This document shows, piece after piece, positions 53,767-64,000 of a DNA stretch of 64,000 nucleotides (position 1 is its first letter; every line of letters starts with the position of its first letter). The notes under the pieces were generated by a model, which was given only the letters and a program-made list of their open reading frames with translations, was not told the origin of the DNA and did not search any database. This DNA comes from Candidatus Latescibacterota bacterium (GTDB lineage: Bacteria > Latescibacterota > UBA2968). The position numbers and the translations under genes are program-made. The stretch is taken from contig OZ240241.1 of the NCBI GenBank assembly GCA_965198115.1, positions 1,696,001-1,760,000 on the forward strand, written 5' to 3'.

Positions 53767-54462
53767 ATGCTTCGGAATGTAAGAGACGCCGCCTTACCGC
53801 TGTTTCTATGCGCTTCTCTGATTCTGGCCTCCTGCGCTCCCTCCGTCGTGCAGATCAGGCCGCCCTACCCCGACAAGGTCCGTCCTGGCGACGGCGTAAA
53901 GGTCAGCCTGAAATCGGGCAAAGAGGTTTCGGGTCGAGTCACCTACGTGGACGGATCGGTCATGGTGGTGCGAACGCCAAAACAGACGGTTTCGGAGACA
54001 CCCGTCAAGGAAACGCGGTTTGGAACAACCATCACGTGGCCAGAAGTAACTGCGATCAAGGTTGCCGGAACGCTCGATAGTACCAGCCGGCTCATCTCGA
54101 ACGAGGAAATCCGAATCAACCACAGAACGAATCACCGTCGAAATTTTACGGTGAACTTAGGACTTCTGGGCTCTGCTGCGGCCTTTTTGATCGCCTCCAG
54201 CCTGCAGGATCAGGTGGCTTCACCCTTCGATCCCTCCAAAGACCACGCCCGAGGTCGGGCGACATTCTGGACAACCTGGCTCCTCGGATCCACTGCAGCT
54301 GCCACGGGTGGATATTATCTTGGTAGACAGATCGACCGCAGTAAGGCGATCCAACGCATCGAACGGCTCCGCGCCCAACTCAGACGCTCCACACAGGATT
54401 CGATGCGAGCCTCCTACAGCAAATCAGTCTTCGGCACGCCTCTCGAGCATCCACCACGCTGA
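53767..54462 (+). CDS. Hypothetical lipoprotein with two C-terminal hydrophobic segments
   Basis: Lipobox LASC followed by an Sm-like beta pattern (V.LKSG....G.V). Confidence 0.65.
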   Translation: MLRNVRDAALPLFLCASLILASCAPSVVQIRPPYPDKVRPGDGVKVSLKSGKEVSGRVTYVDGSVMVVRTPKQTVSETPVKETRFGTTITWPEVTAIKVAGTLDSTSRLISNEEIRINHRTNHRRNFTVNLGLLGSAAAFLIASSLQDQVASPFDPSKDHARGRATFWTTWLLGSTAAATGGYYLGRQIDRSKAIQRIERLRAQLRRSTQDSMRASYSKSVFGTPLEHPPR

Positions 54463-54513
54463 AAAGCCCCGCGAGCCCTTATATCTATTTTTGTCTACTT
54501 ATTTCTATTTTAG

Positions 54514-54542
54514 TTGACTTTTGATTGTTTTGTGGGTAGACT
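54514..54542 (+). promoter_or_regulatory. Candidate sigma-70 promoter for wza-wzc
   Basis: TTGACT-N17-TAGACT, preceded by three TCTAYTT boxes at a 10-bp period. Confidence 0.55.
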
Positions 54543-54576
54543 ATACCCAAAGCTCCAAAAACCCACGGGGATTCGT

Positions 54577-55749
54577 ATGCTCGCGAAAATCGTGATAACG
54601 CTGCTGCTCGCTTTGCCTCCCACGGCGTGGGCGGATGACGACCAGATCGTGGACGCCGACGGCCTGACGATTCCGACTTCGCCGACCCGGCAGCCTTACG
54701 TCATGATCAACGGCTTTCCAAATACAAGGTCGGCCCAGGGGACATTTTAGAGGTCATCACTATCGAGGGTGAAGATCGAAAAGTCGAAACAGCCAGAATC
54801 CTTCCTGACAGCACGCTCTCCTTCGGCATCCTGAATCAAGTCAAGATCGGCGGACAGGCCCTTTCGGTTGCCGAAAACACGCTAGTGAAGGCGCTGGGCG
54901 AATACATCCGAAATCCGCAGCTGCGGGTGGTGATGAAGGAGTATTTTAGCAGTTCCGCCTCGGTTTTCGGAGCCATAAACACCTTGTCCGCCACCCTTCA
55001 GGGCACACGGACAGGCCCGGGTGTCTACCCCCTAACCGGGCGTATTCGCGTTCTCGACCTCATTCTGCAAGCTGGAGGACCGACGACCGACGCGCGTCTG
55101 GATCAGGTCAGACTGACCCGTCAGAACCGTACCTTCTCACTCGACGTGCAAAAGGCCATCACCCGCGGGGACTTTCAACAGAACATCTTCGTCGAAAGCG
55201 GTGACGTCATCCAGGTGGGGGGCATCTCGCAGGCCGACCGACGGATCGTAGTCCTCGGCGAAGTCAGCAGTCCGGGTGTCTTCAACCTTTCCAGCGAGGC
55301 CAGCGTCTTCGAGGCCCTTGCGGCCTCCAGGGGCTTCACCGAAGTTGCTGCCGCCAGCCGGATGCGCATCATCCGTCGCGTGGATCCGAAGAATCCGACC
55401 ATCATCACGGTCAATGGGAACAGGATTCTACACGGCGATCTTTCTCAGAACATCGGGCTGGTAGATGGCGATATTGTTGTCGTACCTCAGGACCGTTACA
55501 CAGACCTGACCGACATGCTGAACAAGCTGCAGCCGCTTCTGGCGTTCGGTGGGCTCGTCACGACCGAGCCACTCATCAGCATTGGTGGGTATCAAGTCAA
55601 CGAACCCGGGCTGAACATCAATACCACTTCGCCGACCCCGGCAACCGCAGCGGCCGGACTCATCGACACGGGTGCTCTTACAACCCTTCAGCAGCAGCAG
55701 GCGGTCCGTCGACAGGGTTCAGGCCGATCTGAAGGGGAGCAGAAAGTAA
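54577..55749 (+). CDS. wza: Wza/SLBB polysaccharide export protein; frameshifts near 54720 and 55705
   Basis: Signal peptide, YKVGPGDILEV, YIRNPQL.V, two SLBB domains (GVY/F.L...AGG, GD.IVVP). Confidence 0.8.
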
Positions 55750-56589
55750 ACGATGCCCCAGTACGACGTCACCCTCCGCGATTATTGGCGGATCCTGAAC
55801 AGCGGAAGATCATCGTCATCTTCGCGACGGTCATGCTGGGCCTGACGAGCTACACGGCCTATATGTCGACCCCACAGCTCCGCTACGAATCGACGGCAAA
55901 GCTCCAATACGCCGAAGCGAAGAGTGCCCAGGAAGCCTATATCCAGGCGCTGGGATCGGCTGATGCGCTCGAGACGGAGCAGGCCGTCATTACGAGCTAC
56001 CCGGTCCTGGAGCGAGTGGCCCACGAGCTGGGGTTCGTAGACACGCTATCGGCGACCTACGAGGTGCGCATCCAGAACATCCTGCGTCTTCAAGGCAAGG
56101 TTCGAACGGCCGTCGAGGGCTTGACGAGTATCCTCACGATCACCGTCACCGACACCGATCCGGATCGAACTCAGACCATCGCCAACAAGATCGCTACGGT
56201 CTACGAAGACTACAGCTACCGCAAGAAAAACGCCCAGCTGATCGGGTCCCGAACCTTTATCAAAAACCAGCGTGACACCGTGCGGGCACGGCTGCTGAGG
56301 TCTCAGAACCGTCTCAAAGACTTTCAGGAGGAGACGAAGATCGTCTCGGTGGATATACAGATCGATCAGGTGCTGGACGAGCTCAACGCGATGAGGGACG
56401 ACCTGCTCGAAACGTCCCGGCTGGTCGAGTCTATCAACGAGATCCTGAATGCCTACGGTCGGGCGGGCAGGATCGCAGAATCGCTCATCCTCAGCGTACC
56501 CCCCGAACAGGGGGGTACGCGATTCGCCCAACTCAACGCGCAGCTCCAGCTGCTGAACGAGAAGCGCAGCCGACTCCTCGTCAATTTTA

Positions 56590-58009
56590 GGCTATATCCG
56601 GATCTCTCAACGAGATGAAGTGGGTGAAGGTGCCGTGGTTCCTGGCATGGGGGCGCGGTTAGCGTGTGCGGAACCTCTTCGGAATCTGCTCAGGGATGTT
56701 TAGGTCTCCGACGGTAAGGAAGATCATATCGTTGAATGCGTCGAGTGTGCGGAATCCGCTGGCTCGGTTCTTGACGATTTGGACGATTCGGTTGAGGCCT
56801 TCGGCGATGGCGTTGGTAAGACGCGTGTTCACGAATGCGAGGACGCCGAAGAAGTGCTGTCGCAGGGTCCTGACGAACTTTCGCAGGGGTTCAAGTCGAC
56901 TTCTGAGTGCGGACGTCGTCCAGCATTTCAGGAAGCGTTCGGCAGCCCAGGGCGCTTTGTATTCCCAGAACTGCTCGAACTCGTCCTTGAGTCTCCAGGC
57001 TCTATAGATTCGGTAGTTCGCCTTCTCCAGTGCTTTGAGTGTCCGAGTATCCCCTCTGGAGCGTGTCGCTGAGTGCCGGTAGAGGAGCCATCGGAGGCCC
57101 TTCATGGCTTTGCGCTCATCCGGGGCAGCTTTACGCCACTGGTCCTTACGGACCTCGTCAACGGCGGCATTGAGAGCCTTGACGATGTGAAAGCGATCGA
57201 GGACCAGCTTGGCATTCGGACAGTGTTCCTGGATGGCTCCGATGTAAGCTTCGCTCATGTCGCAGCAGGCCCACTCGATCTTGGATCTCTGGTAGGGACT
57301 GAGAGCCTCTGTGAAGAACCGATCGATCGTTTTACGCGCCCTGCCGCGGCCAACCCACACCACGCAGGAGCGGTCCAGATCGTAAACGAGCGTGGCGTAC
57401 CTGTGACGCTTGGCGTAGGAGATCTCGTCGATCCCGATGGTTTTGAGCCCTCGGATACGATGACCTTCACGAAGCCGCGTGATGGATCGGTGAAGGAGAT
57501 CCGACAGCGTCGAGGCAGAGATGCGCAGCAACTCGGACGCCGCCTTCTGCGTCATGGTCTGGCAGTAGCGCAGCATGGCATACTCGAAGCGATACGTCAC
57601 CCGAGAGAACCGCTCCGCCCACGGAATCTCCTCGACCACACGACCGTGGGTAGGACACCGAATCTCCCGAGGATGGTAGAGAAGCCAGACCCTCCACCCG
57701 CACACCGGAATGTCACGCCACCGACGCGGATGGGGCATTGTGCGGACGATTTTACCTCGACGGCCGCACTCCGGACAACAACAACCATTCTTATGGGGCT
57801 TTACGGCGATGACGAAACAGCTTCTCCCCTCAAACCACCAGCTGACAACACGGAACCCCTTGAATCTCAGCAGTTTCGATAGTAATCTGCTCCCGGTCAT
57901 AGGTCGCACCCCCTTCGCTTTGATTGTCCTACACACACAACCAAGCGTAGGGAACGATCTATGACCTTGTCATTCTATAGTTTCACCGTTGAGAAACCCG
58001 GATAGAGCC
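56590..58009 (-). mobile_element. ISL3-family element
   Basis: 8-bp duplication CAATTTTA (56582-89 and 58010-17); IRs GGCTMTATCCGG..TCTCAACG. Confidence 0.95.
56659..57936 (-). CDS. ISL3 transposase, intact
   Basis: CPECG zinc finger, IGIDE, CDM, DRFH, TNA.AEG.N. Confidence 0.95.
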   Translation of the reverse strand: MCRTIKAKGVRPMTGSRLLSKLLRFKGFRVVSWWFEGRSCFVIAVKPHKNGCCCPECGRRGKIVRTMPHPRRWRDIPVCGWRVWLLYHPREIRCPTHGRVVEEIPWAERFSRVTYRFEYAMLRYCQTMTQKAASELLRISASTLSDLLHRSITRLREGHRIRGLKTIGIDEISYAKRHRYATLVYDLDRSCVVWVGRGRARKTIDRFFTEALSPYQRSKIEWACCDMSEAYIGAIQEHCPNAKLVLDRFHIVKALNAAVDEVRKDQWRKAAPDERKAMKGLRWLLYRHSATRSRGDTRTLKALEKANYRIYRAWRLKDEFEQFWEYKAPWAAERFLKCWTTSALRSRLEPLRKFVRTLRQHFFGVLAFVNTRLTNAIAEGLNRIVQIVKNRASGFRTLDAFNDMIFLTVGDLNIPEQIPKRFRTR

Positions 58010-59564
58010 CAATTTTACACCCAAACATCCCCAGATTGTCGACATCGATGCGAGTATCGGTGTCGTCCTGGACGAAATGGTCAACAGCCTCAGACTGCAG
58101 CGCGAGATCCTGGGTAAGCGGCAAAAGACGCAAGAGCGCATCGTTCGAGATCTCGAGAATGAGTACGCCGACCTTCCGGAGCTCAGCATTCAGCTCGGCG
58201 AGCTCGAACGGGATGTAAGAACCCACGAGAGCCTGCTCCTGGTTCTGGAAGAGGAATACCAGGAGGCTCAGATTCTGGAGAACGAGGAAATCAGAGCGAT
58301 TACCATCCTGCAAAAGGCGCTCAAACCGACCTCTCCACTGAATCCTTCCACCCCACGTACATCCGCCGGCATCGGCGCCCTCCTGGGACTGATCCTGGGC
58401 GTGGTCTTCGCCTTCGTCGCCGAAACACTCGATACCTCCATAGGCACGATCCAGGATGTCGAGGAGTTTCTGGAAGTCTCAGTGGTCGGAATCATCCCGC
58501 AGGTGGATATCGACGACATGCGGGAGGCGCTCATTCGAAGCGGCGTCGAAGAGATCGATCCAGAGCTGCTCGAGCGGCGTATGCGGCTGGCCGCGCACTT
58601 CGAACCCCAGTCGACGATCGCAGAGAGCTACAGGGCTCTCCGAACCAACATTCAGTTCGCTAACCTGGATAAAGGGGCCAAGGTGATCTCGATCTCCAGC
58701 TCCTCGCACCAGGAAGGCAAGAGTACGACGACCGCCAATCTCGCGATGACCCTAGCCCAGGCCGGGAATCGCGTCTTGGTGGTCGATGGCGACCTTCGGC
58801 GACCCACGATTGCCAGAATCTTCGGTCTCGACCGAGAACCGGGTTTGACCGATGTGATCCTCGGAAACTACGGGTGGCGTGAAGTCGTCCGGACGGTCAC
58901 CGACATCATGGTGGGTGGGCTCGGCATGGAAGACATCATGATGACGCCGGGCATGGACAACCTGAACATCATCACGAGCGGTGTCATACCACCCAACCCG
59001 GCGGAGATCACGGATTCGCGCCGTATGGGTGAATTCCTCCAGGAAGTGAGAGAGGCCTACGACGTGGTTCTGGTCGACTCTCCCCCCATCCTCCAGGCCA
59101 CCGATGCCACGATTCTGGGCACCAAGGTCGACGGTGTCCTGCTCGTTTACAAGATCGGTAATGTGAGTCGGAGCGCCCTGAGACGTGCCAAGCTCCAGCT
59201 CGACAACGTCAACGTCGTGGTCATGGGTGTCGTCATCAACGGGCTGAAAGCCGAAATCAGCGAAGATTTCCGGGATCTAAGATACTACTCCTACTACAGC
59301 TACGGCAGCCAGGCGACTGAGAGCGGCAACCCGATCGTCCGCGAATTCAACAGACTCAAGCGACGAGGTGAATCGGCCTACAGAACCGTTCTCGTACAGG
59401 CACAGAGCCTGCTCGCTCTGGTCGGCATCGAGGTCAACCTGGACGAAGTAGAAGAGCCTCAACGACCCGAGGGGGAGCCCCCCCCTTTATCGCTACCACA
59501 GTTGGTTGTGCGTCTGATCATCTGGGGCCTGATCGGGCTCTTCCTCCTGATGGGCCTCATGTGG

Positions 59565-59626
59565 CAAGCCGGATTCTTGGGACAGCGTAGAGCTTCAAGC
59601 CGGATTCTTGGGACAGCGTAGAGCTT
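59565..59626. repeat. Perfect 31-bp tandem duplication
   Basis: CAAGCCGGATTCTTGGGACAGCGTAGAGCTT twice. Confidence 0.95.
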
Positions 59627-60146
59627 CCAGGGATTTCCCTTCAACGACATCATTCGCGAACCTGCCAGAAAAGGCGACTGTCACAGATGCAGTCGTGGAG
59701 GAAGAAACGGCACCTGTTTCACCACAACCCCTGCAGACCAAGGAACCCGAAAAAGTGCTCGCACCACGCGTCCCCCCCGCGCTCCAGTCGTCAGGAACAC
59801 GATCCGACATCACCGCAATCACGCAGGGTAGATTCGGGGTTCATCTAGCCTCTTTCCGAACCGTGGGAAGCGCCCGGAAAGGTCTCCAGAAGGTTGCGGC
59901 CCGTGGATTCGAGACGGACATCGTGCCGATCGACTTGGGCAGTCGTGGAACCTACTATCGACTCATTGCCGGATCCGCTTCATCTCGGGAGCAGGCAGGA
60001 GAGGTAGTGGCGAAACTGCGTGTGCACGGTCTCGGTGAATACGCTCGCGTTATAGAACTAGCGGGTCGGTAATCCGCTACCCCGGTGTGCTGGACAACCT
60101 AACGTAGGTCCGGTCACCGCCGCCAGCTTTCCGTTTCGAGTCGCCC

Positions 60147-61394
60147 ATGCTCCGTGCGCCTGCCCAAGATTCGTCTCCTGTCATCTACGCCGTGATGGCC
60201 ACGCTCGGCGTGCTCGCCGTCGTGATCGGAACGACCGTACCCAGTCTTTCACCCATCGTCAGTCTCGGCGTCGTGGGGGGTTGGTCGTCTTCATCGGGAG
60301 CTTTGCCTCCACCCGCTTCGCGCTCTTCGTACTGATCTTCGCCACGCTCCTCTCCCCCGAATTCGGAAGTAGATCGACGGGCGGAGGCGATGTGACGCTT
60401 CGTGTGGACGACTTCCTCCTGCTCCTGATTGGCTTTTCACAACTCACGAAAGCTGCCGTCAATCGTGACATCGGAATTTTCGTCTGGACGCCGCTGAACA
60501 GATACATCACGTATTACATTCTCGTCTGCGTTTTCTCGACCGGCATCGGAATGATCGCAGGTCGTGTTCAGCCACTGACGGGCTTCTTCTTCGTCATGAA
60601 GTATTTTCAGTACTATATCGTCTACTTCATGATGATCAACAACATCAACAACCGGGAGCAGGCCAAGCAGTTCCTCGTCGCCATCTTCCTGACGGCAGCG
60701 ATCGTCTCCGTCATCGCCATCGCCCAGATTCCCGGAGGTGGGCGCGTCGTTGCCCCGTTCGAAGGGGAGTCGGGCGAGCCCAACACCCTTGGGGGCTACC
60801 TCTTGCTGATGATGTCGGTCGCCAGTGGTCTGCTTGTCGTTCGGAACGCCGTTACAGCACTCGCACACAAAGTCGCTCTGGTCGGATTCATCGGGTTGAT
60901 GGGCGTCCCGATTCTGTTCACGCTCTCGCGCGCGACCTGGTTAGCCGCCATTCCGGTTGTCATACTGATCTGGATCTTCTCCTCCAGGAAAGGTATTCTG
61001 ACTCTGCTGATGATTGCAGGCCTGCTGATCGCTCCAGCCTTTACGCCAGAAAGTGTGGAGGAGCGCCTCCTCTATACCGTAGAGCGCCAGACGAATAGAT
61101 GGGCCCGTGCCCAGCAGGTCAGCTATCTGGGAGTCACCTTCGACACATCCTCCTCTGCAAGGATCAACGCGTGGATGTCGGCGTTCCAAGACTTCCCGAA
61201 CCACCCCCTGGTGGGCTACGGGGTCACAGGGTGGCGTTTCATCGATGCCCAATACTTGCGGATATTGCTCGAAACGGGCCTACTTGGCCTGTCAACGTTC
61301 CTGCTTTTGCAATGGCGGGTCCTACGGGAATCGTGGCGCACATATCGAGAGGTCGACGATCCCATGTTTCAGGGAGTAGCAGCCGGGTTCATCA
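60147..61394 (+). pseudogene. O-antigen ligase / Wzy-like polymerase, 3'-truncated by an IS630 fragment; frameshift in a G run near 60280
   Basis: Polytopic; EPN.LG, TLSRA.W, SARI..W, HPLVGYG, L.ETGLLG. Confidence 0.85.
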
Positions 61395-62113
61395 TTCGAG
61401 GCTGGCGGTAGGGTAACGTGCTTGCGAGCTCGTGCTTGAATACTGGTCTTTTCGTCGGCAGAAAGTACATATTCCCTCGGCCCTAAAGGCTTTCCTTGCC
61501 ATTGGCGGTGATACAGATCAAGGACTCTACCTGCTTTGGTTTGGAAGTCCGGGTCCCGTGGGAAAATCCAGGAGCGATGATACCAAGGACGAATCGCGTC
61601 CTCGTTCAACCAGCGCCAGACAGTGGCGCCGCTGATCTTGGCAACGAAGCCCCTTTGCACTGCCTCGGCGGCAATCTCGGAACAGCTGAACCGCGAGAGC
61701 GGTATCCCGCTCTCGCTCGGTAGTTCACACGCCAGCGCCTTGATCTGAACGACCACCTGAGGGGGGAAAACCGGGCGGGCGCCCGGGACGAGATCTATCT
61801 TCGAGTCCCGAAAGACGCTCTTCGAAAAAGCGCTTACGCCATTTGCTTACGATCGGACGCGGGACATCCAACCGTTGGGCGATAATCTTGTTGGATAATC
61901 CCTCGGCGGCGAGAAGCACGATTTTCGATCGGATCACTTGATAATACGGTAACGTATATTGTCCAGCCATTCGCTCGAGGTCGACCCGTTCCTTCTCAGA
62001 CAGTAGCACCACATAAGGCGAACGTCTTGGCATTGTTCTCCTCCTTTTGAAGGAGAACATAAGCTACAAATAATGTTCAGAACATACGTAATAATATTTA
62101 TTAAACCATGCAC
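61395..62113 (-). mobile_element. Truncated second copy of the IS630 element (left 719 bp)
   Basis: Near-identical inverted copy of 44843 to about 45561; left end intact, catalytic half missing. Confidence 0.92.
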
Positions 62114-62322
62114 TAAGGGCTTCCGGGCGGCGGCCGTGCGCCGAACCCTTACGCAGGACGGCCTGTGCGGGACGAGGGGCCGTGGTCGGCCCGCGCCGCC
62201 CGTGCCACGCTTTGCATACGGCGGTATCGAGGTCTGGGACGGAGCAGGCCCCCTACCCCTAGAATGTCCCTCCGACGAGTCCGACCGCCGCCGAACACCT
62301 CATCGCACAACCACCACGCACG

Positions 62323-63675
62323 CTATTCGCCACTCTTGGAGAGCTGTGGACGGAGCAGGAGATGGAGCACGAGGACACCCGCGAGCAGGACGCCCGCGAT
62401 CGCCGGCGCCCGCCAGTCGCCAGCCCCGACCCGGGCCGCGAACATCGCGAAGCAGACGACCGCGCCGAGTGCGGGCACGGCGATCGGCAGCTCGAAGCCG
62501 CCCTCGGGTTCACCGGGTCTGAGCTTCAGGATGACAAGCGCACTGTTTACGACCGAGAACACCAGAAGGAGGAGGAGCACCGTAGCCGAAGCCAGCTGCG
62601 AAATGTCGCCCGACAGGATCAAGAGCACGATCACCGCAAAGATGAGCGCCACAGCGACATGGGGCGTGCGGCGCGCCGGATGGACCTTGCAGAGAACTCG
62701 CGGCAGCTGTCCGTCGCGCGCCATGCCATACAGGAGACGTGAGGCGGTCACATAGTTGATCAGCCCGGTATTCGCCACCGCGAAGATGGTAATCGCAATG
62801 AACATCCAGGCCGGGAACCAGGGCGCCGCGCGCGCCACGACTTCGACCAGCGGCGCATTGGCCTCCGCCAATACCTGCCACGGCACCACCGAGACCGCGC
62901 TGATCGACACGCCCATGTAGATGAGGACGGTCAGCACCAGGGCCGACACGAGACCGAGCGGCATGTTACGCCGCGGATTCTTTAATTCCTCGCCGACGTT
63001 GATCGCATCTTCGAACCCGAGGAAGGAATAGAAGGTGAGCACGACTCCCTGGACCAGGAACACGAGGGGAAGGCCCGCCTCGGTCTCCGGAAGGGAAGGA
63101 AACTCCATCAGGTTCGCCGAACCCCAGAAACGCAGGCAGACTGCGATCACGAACAGCAGGCCCGCCGCTTCCACCAATGTGAAGACGACATTGGCCCACA
63201 TGGATTCCCGGATACCGCGGTAGACGAGGGCACCCACGAAGATGAGATAGATGAAGGCCAGCATGCCGGTCGGCAGACCTTGGAGAGCGGGTAAGGCCTG
63301 CAGGTTCTCACCCACGACGCGCGCGCCGGCGGCGATCGAAGTGAAGCCGGAACACGCCACGCTGAGGCCTACGACATGGGTCAGCAGGGTGCGGCGATAG
63401 GCGCGGTGGGTAATATAAGCCGCACCGCCCGCGCGCGGGTAGCGCGAGCCGAGCGAGGCATAGGACAACCCCGTCAGCCCCGCCGCGACCATGGATAGCG
63501 CGAAGGCCAACCAGATCGCAGAACCCATCTCGGCAGCAACCTGCCCCAGCAAACCGTAGATGCCGGCGCCCAGCATGCTGCCCGCTCCGTAGAGCGTCAT
63601 TTGCCACAACCCTATGCTGCGCCGAAGCGTCGGTTCTCCGCTGGCCGCTCCCGGCGGCTTGCCAGACTGTTCCAT
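62323..63675 (-). CDS. APC family amino acid permease
   Basis: G.G.MLGAGIY, YA.LGS.YPRAGG, F.GFE....EE..NP, SRLLYGMARDG.LP. Confidence 0.92.
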   Translation of the reverse strand: MEQSGKPPGAASGEPTLRRSIGLWQMTLYGAGSMLGAGIYGLLGQVAAEMGSAIWLAFALSMVAAGLTGLSYASLGSRYPRAGGAAYITHRAYRRTLLTHVVGLSVACSGFTSIAAGARVVGENLQALPALQGLPTGMLAFIYLIFVGALVYRGIRESMWANVVFTLVEAAGLLFVIAVCLRFWGSANLMEFPSLPETEAGLPLVFLVQGVVLTFYSFLGFEDAINVGEELKNPRRNMPLGLVSALVLTVLIYMGVSISAVSVVPWQVLAEANAPLVEVVARAAPWFPAWMFIAITIFAVANTGLINYVTASRLLYGMARDGQLPRVLCKVHPARRTPHVAVALIFAVIVLLILSGDISQLASATVLLLLLVFSVVNSALVILKLRPGEPEGGFELPIAVPALGAVVCFAMFAARVGAGDWRAPAIAGVLLAGVLVLHLLLRPQLSKSGE

Positions 63676-63733
63676 GGGCTCCCCCCTATTTTGCTTTTGC
63701 CTTGCGCTCCCGATGCCACTGGTGTGGCACGGT

Positions 63734-64000
63734 TTATTCGAAGACCTCAAGCCCGCCGTCCCTGACGACCAGGATGATGGGGTCGTAGATCGCGTCGCCG
63801 TCGGCATCGAAAGAGAATGACCCTAGGACCGTGTTGAAATCCCGGATGTCGGCCATCGCCGCCCGGATCGCGCGCGCATCCGTCGATTTTCCCTTCGCGA
63901 GCGCTTCTGCCAAAACATGCACCGCGGCATACGACTGCGCCGCCCAAGGGTTCGGGTTTTGCCCGTATGTCTCCTCATACTTTTGGACAAAAGCCTGGTT
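63734..64000 (-). CDS. Branched-chain amino acid ABC transporter substrate-binding protein, C-terminal part only
   Basis: FVQKYE..YG..P...AAQSY, TVLG.FSFD..GD. Confidence 0.8.
   Translation of the reverse strand, partial: NQAFVQKYEETYGQNPNPWAAQSYAAVHVLAEALAKGKSTDARAIRAAMADIRDFNTVLGSFSFDADGDAIYDPIILVVRDGGLEVFE

Larger units (their letters stand above)
55753..60072 (+). pseudogene. wzc: Wzc-type polysaccharide co-polymerase / BY-kinase with an extra C-terminal TM and SPOR domain; disrupted by ISL3, a 31-bp duplication and a 1-nt frameshift near 55800
   Basis: MPQYDVTLRDYWRIL; NF|TPKHP across the IS; ESYR.LRTN, EGKS, DGDLRRP, DSPP; Tyr cluster YYSYYSY; TM; GVHLASFR...YYRL..G. Confidence 0.88.

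Noticed and set aside
54885-56618. Apparent Wza-Wzc fusion ORF (577 aa)
   Set aside because: A stop (55747-49) and a canonical Wzc start (MPQYDVTLRDYWRIL, 55753) lie in the +1 frame. Two compensating 1-nt indels explain the read-through.
48317-59626. 23-bp and 31-bp repeats as CRISPR repeats
   Set aside because: Each has only two adjacent copies with no spacers, lies inside a gene, and no cas genes are present.
9770-60285. Single-base frameshifts as programmed recoding or phase variation
   Set aside because: Most are gains or losses of one base in short homopolymers, consistent with sequencing error or decay, and cannot be judged without reads. Only the IS630 TTTTCCCCCC site, present in both copies, looks programmed.

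Overview
GC-rich bacterial chromosomal segment, probably from the FCB superphylum (Latescibacterota-like); this is inferred from a T9SS/FlgD-type C-terminal tail and the Gfo/Idh/MocA-rich gene content. 1-10.8 kb holds minus-strand catabolic genes plus comA. 10.9-13.9 kb is hpnCDE (squalene synthesis). 14-38 kb is a minus-strand envelope block: an orphan FliG-like protein probably fused to TM-FecR, thrC, an IS200-disrupted sigma-54 regulator, an FN3 lipoprotein, an RND pump, TonB-ExbBD, a ~1,900-aa secreted protein with 12 unrecognised ~105-aa repeats behind a sigma-54 promoter, and a GT2. 38.7-42.1 kb is a coupled XRE-HTH / KAP-NTPase-FGE fusion / TsdA-like diheme cytochrome operon. 42.3-61.4 kb is a Wzy-type polysaccharide locus: ExeA, HD-GYP, methyltransferase, SGNH, PqqD/RRE, HprK-like kinase, two GT-C proteins, nucleotidyltransferase, Wza, Wzc with an extra TM-SPOR tail, and a Wzy/ligase. 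This locus is broken by four IS insertions (IS630 twice, ISAzo13, ISL3) and two tandem duplications. About 13 single-base frameshifts, many in homopolymers, may be sequencing errors. No rRNA, tRNA or CRISPR array was seen. All family calls come from motif recognition by eye, not database searches.
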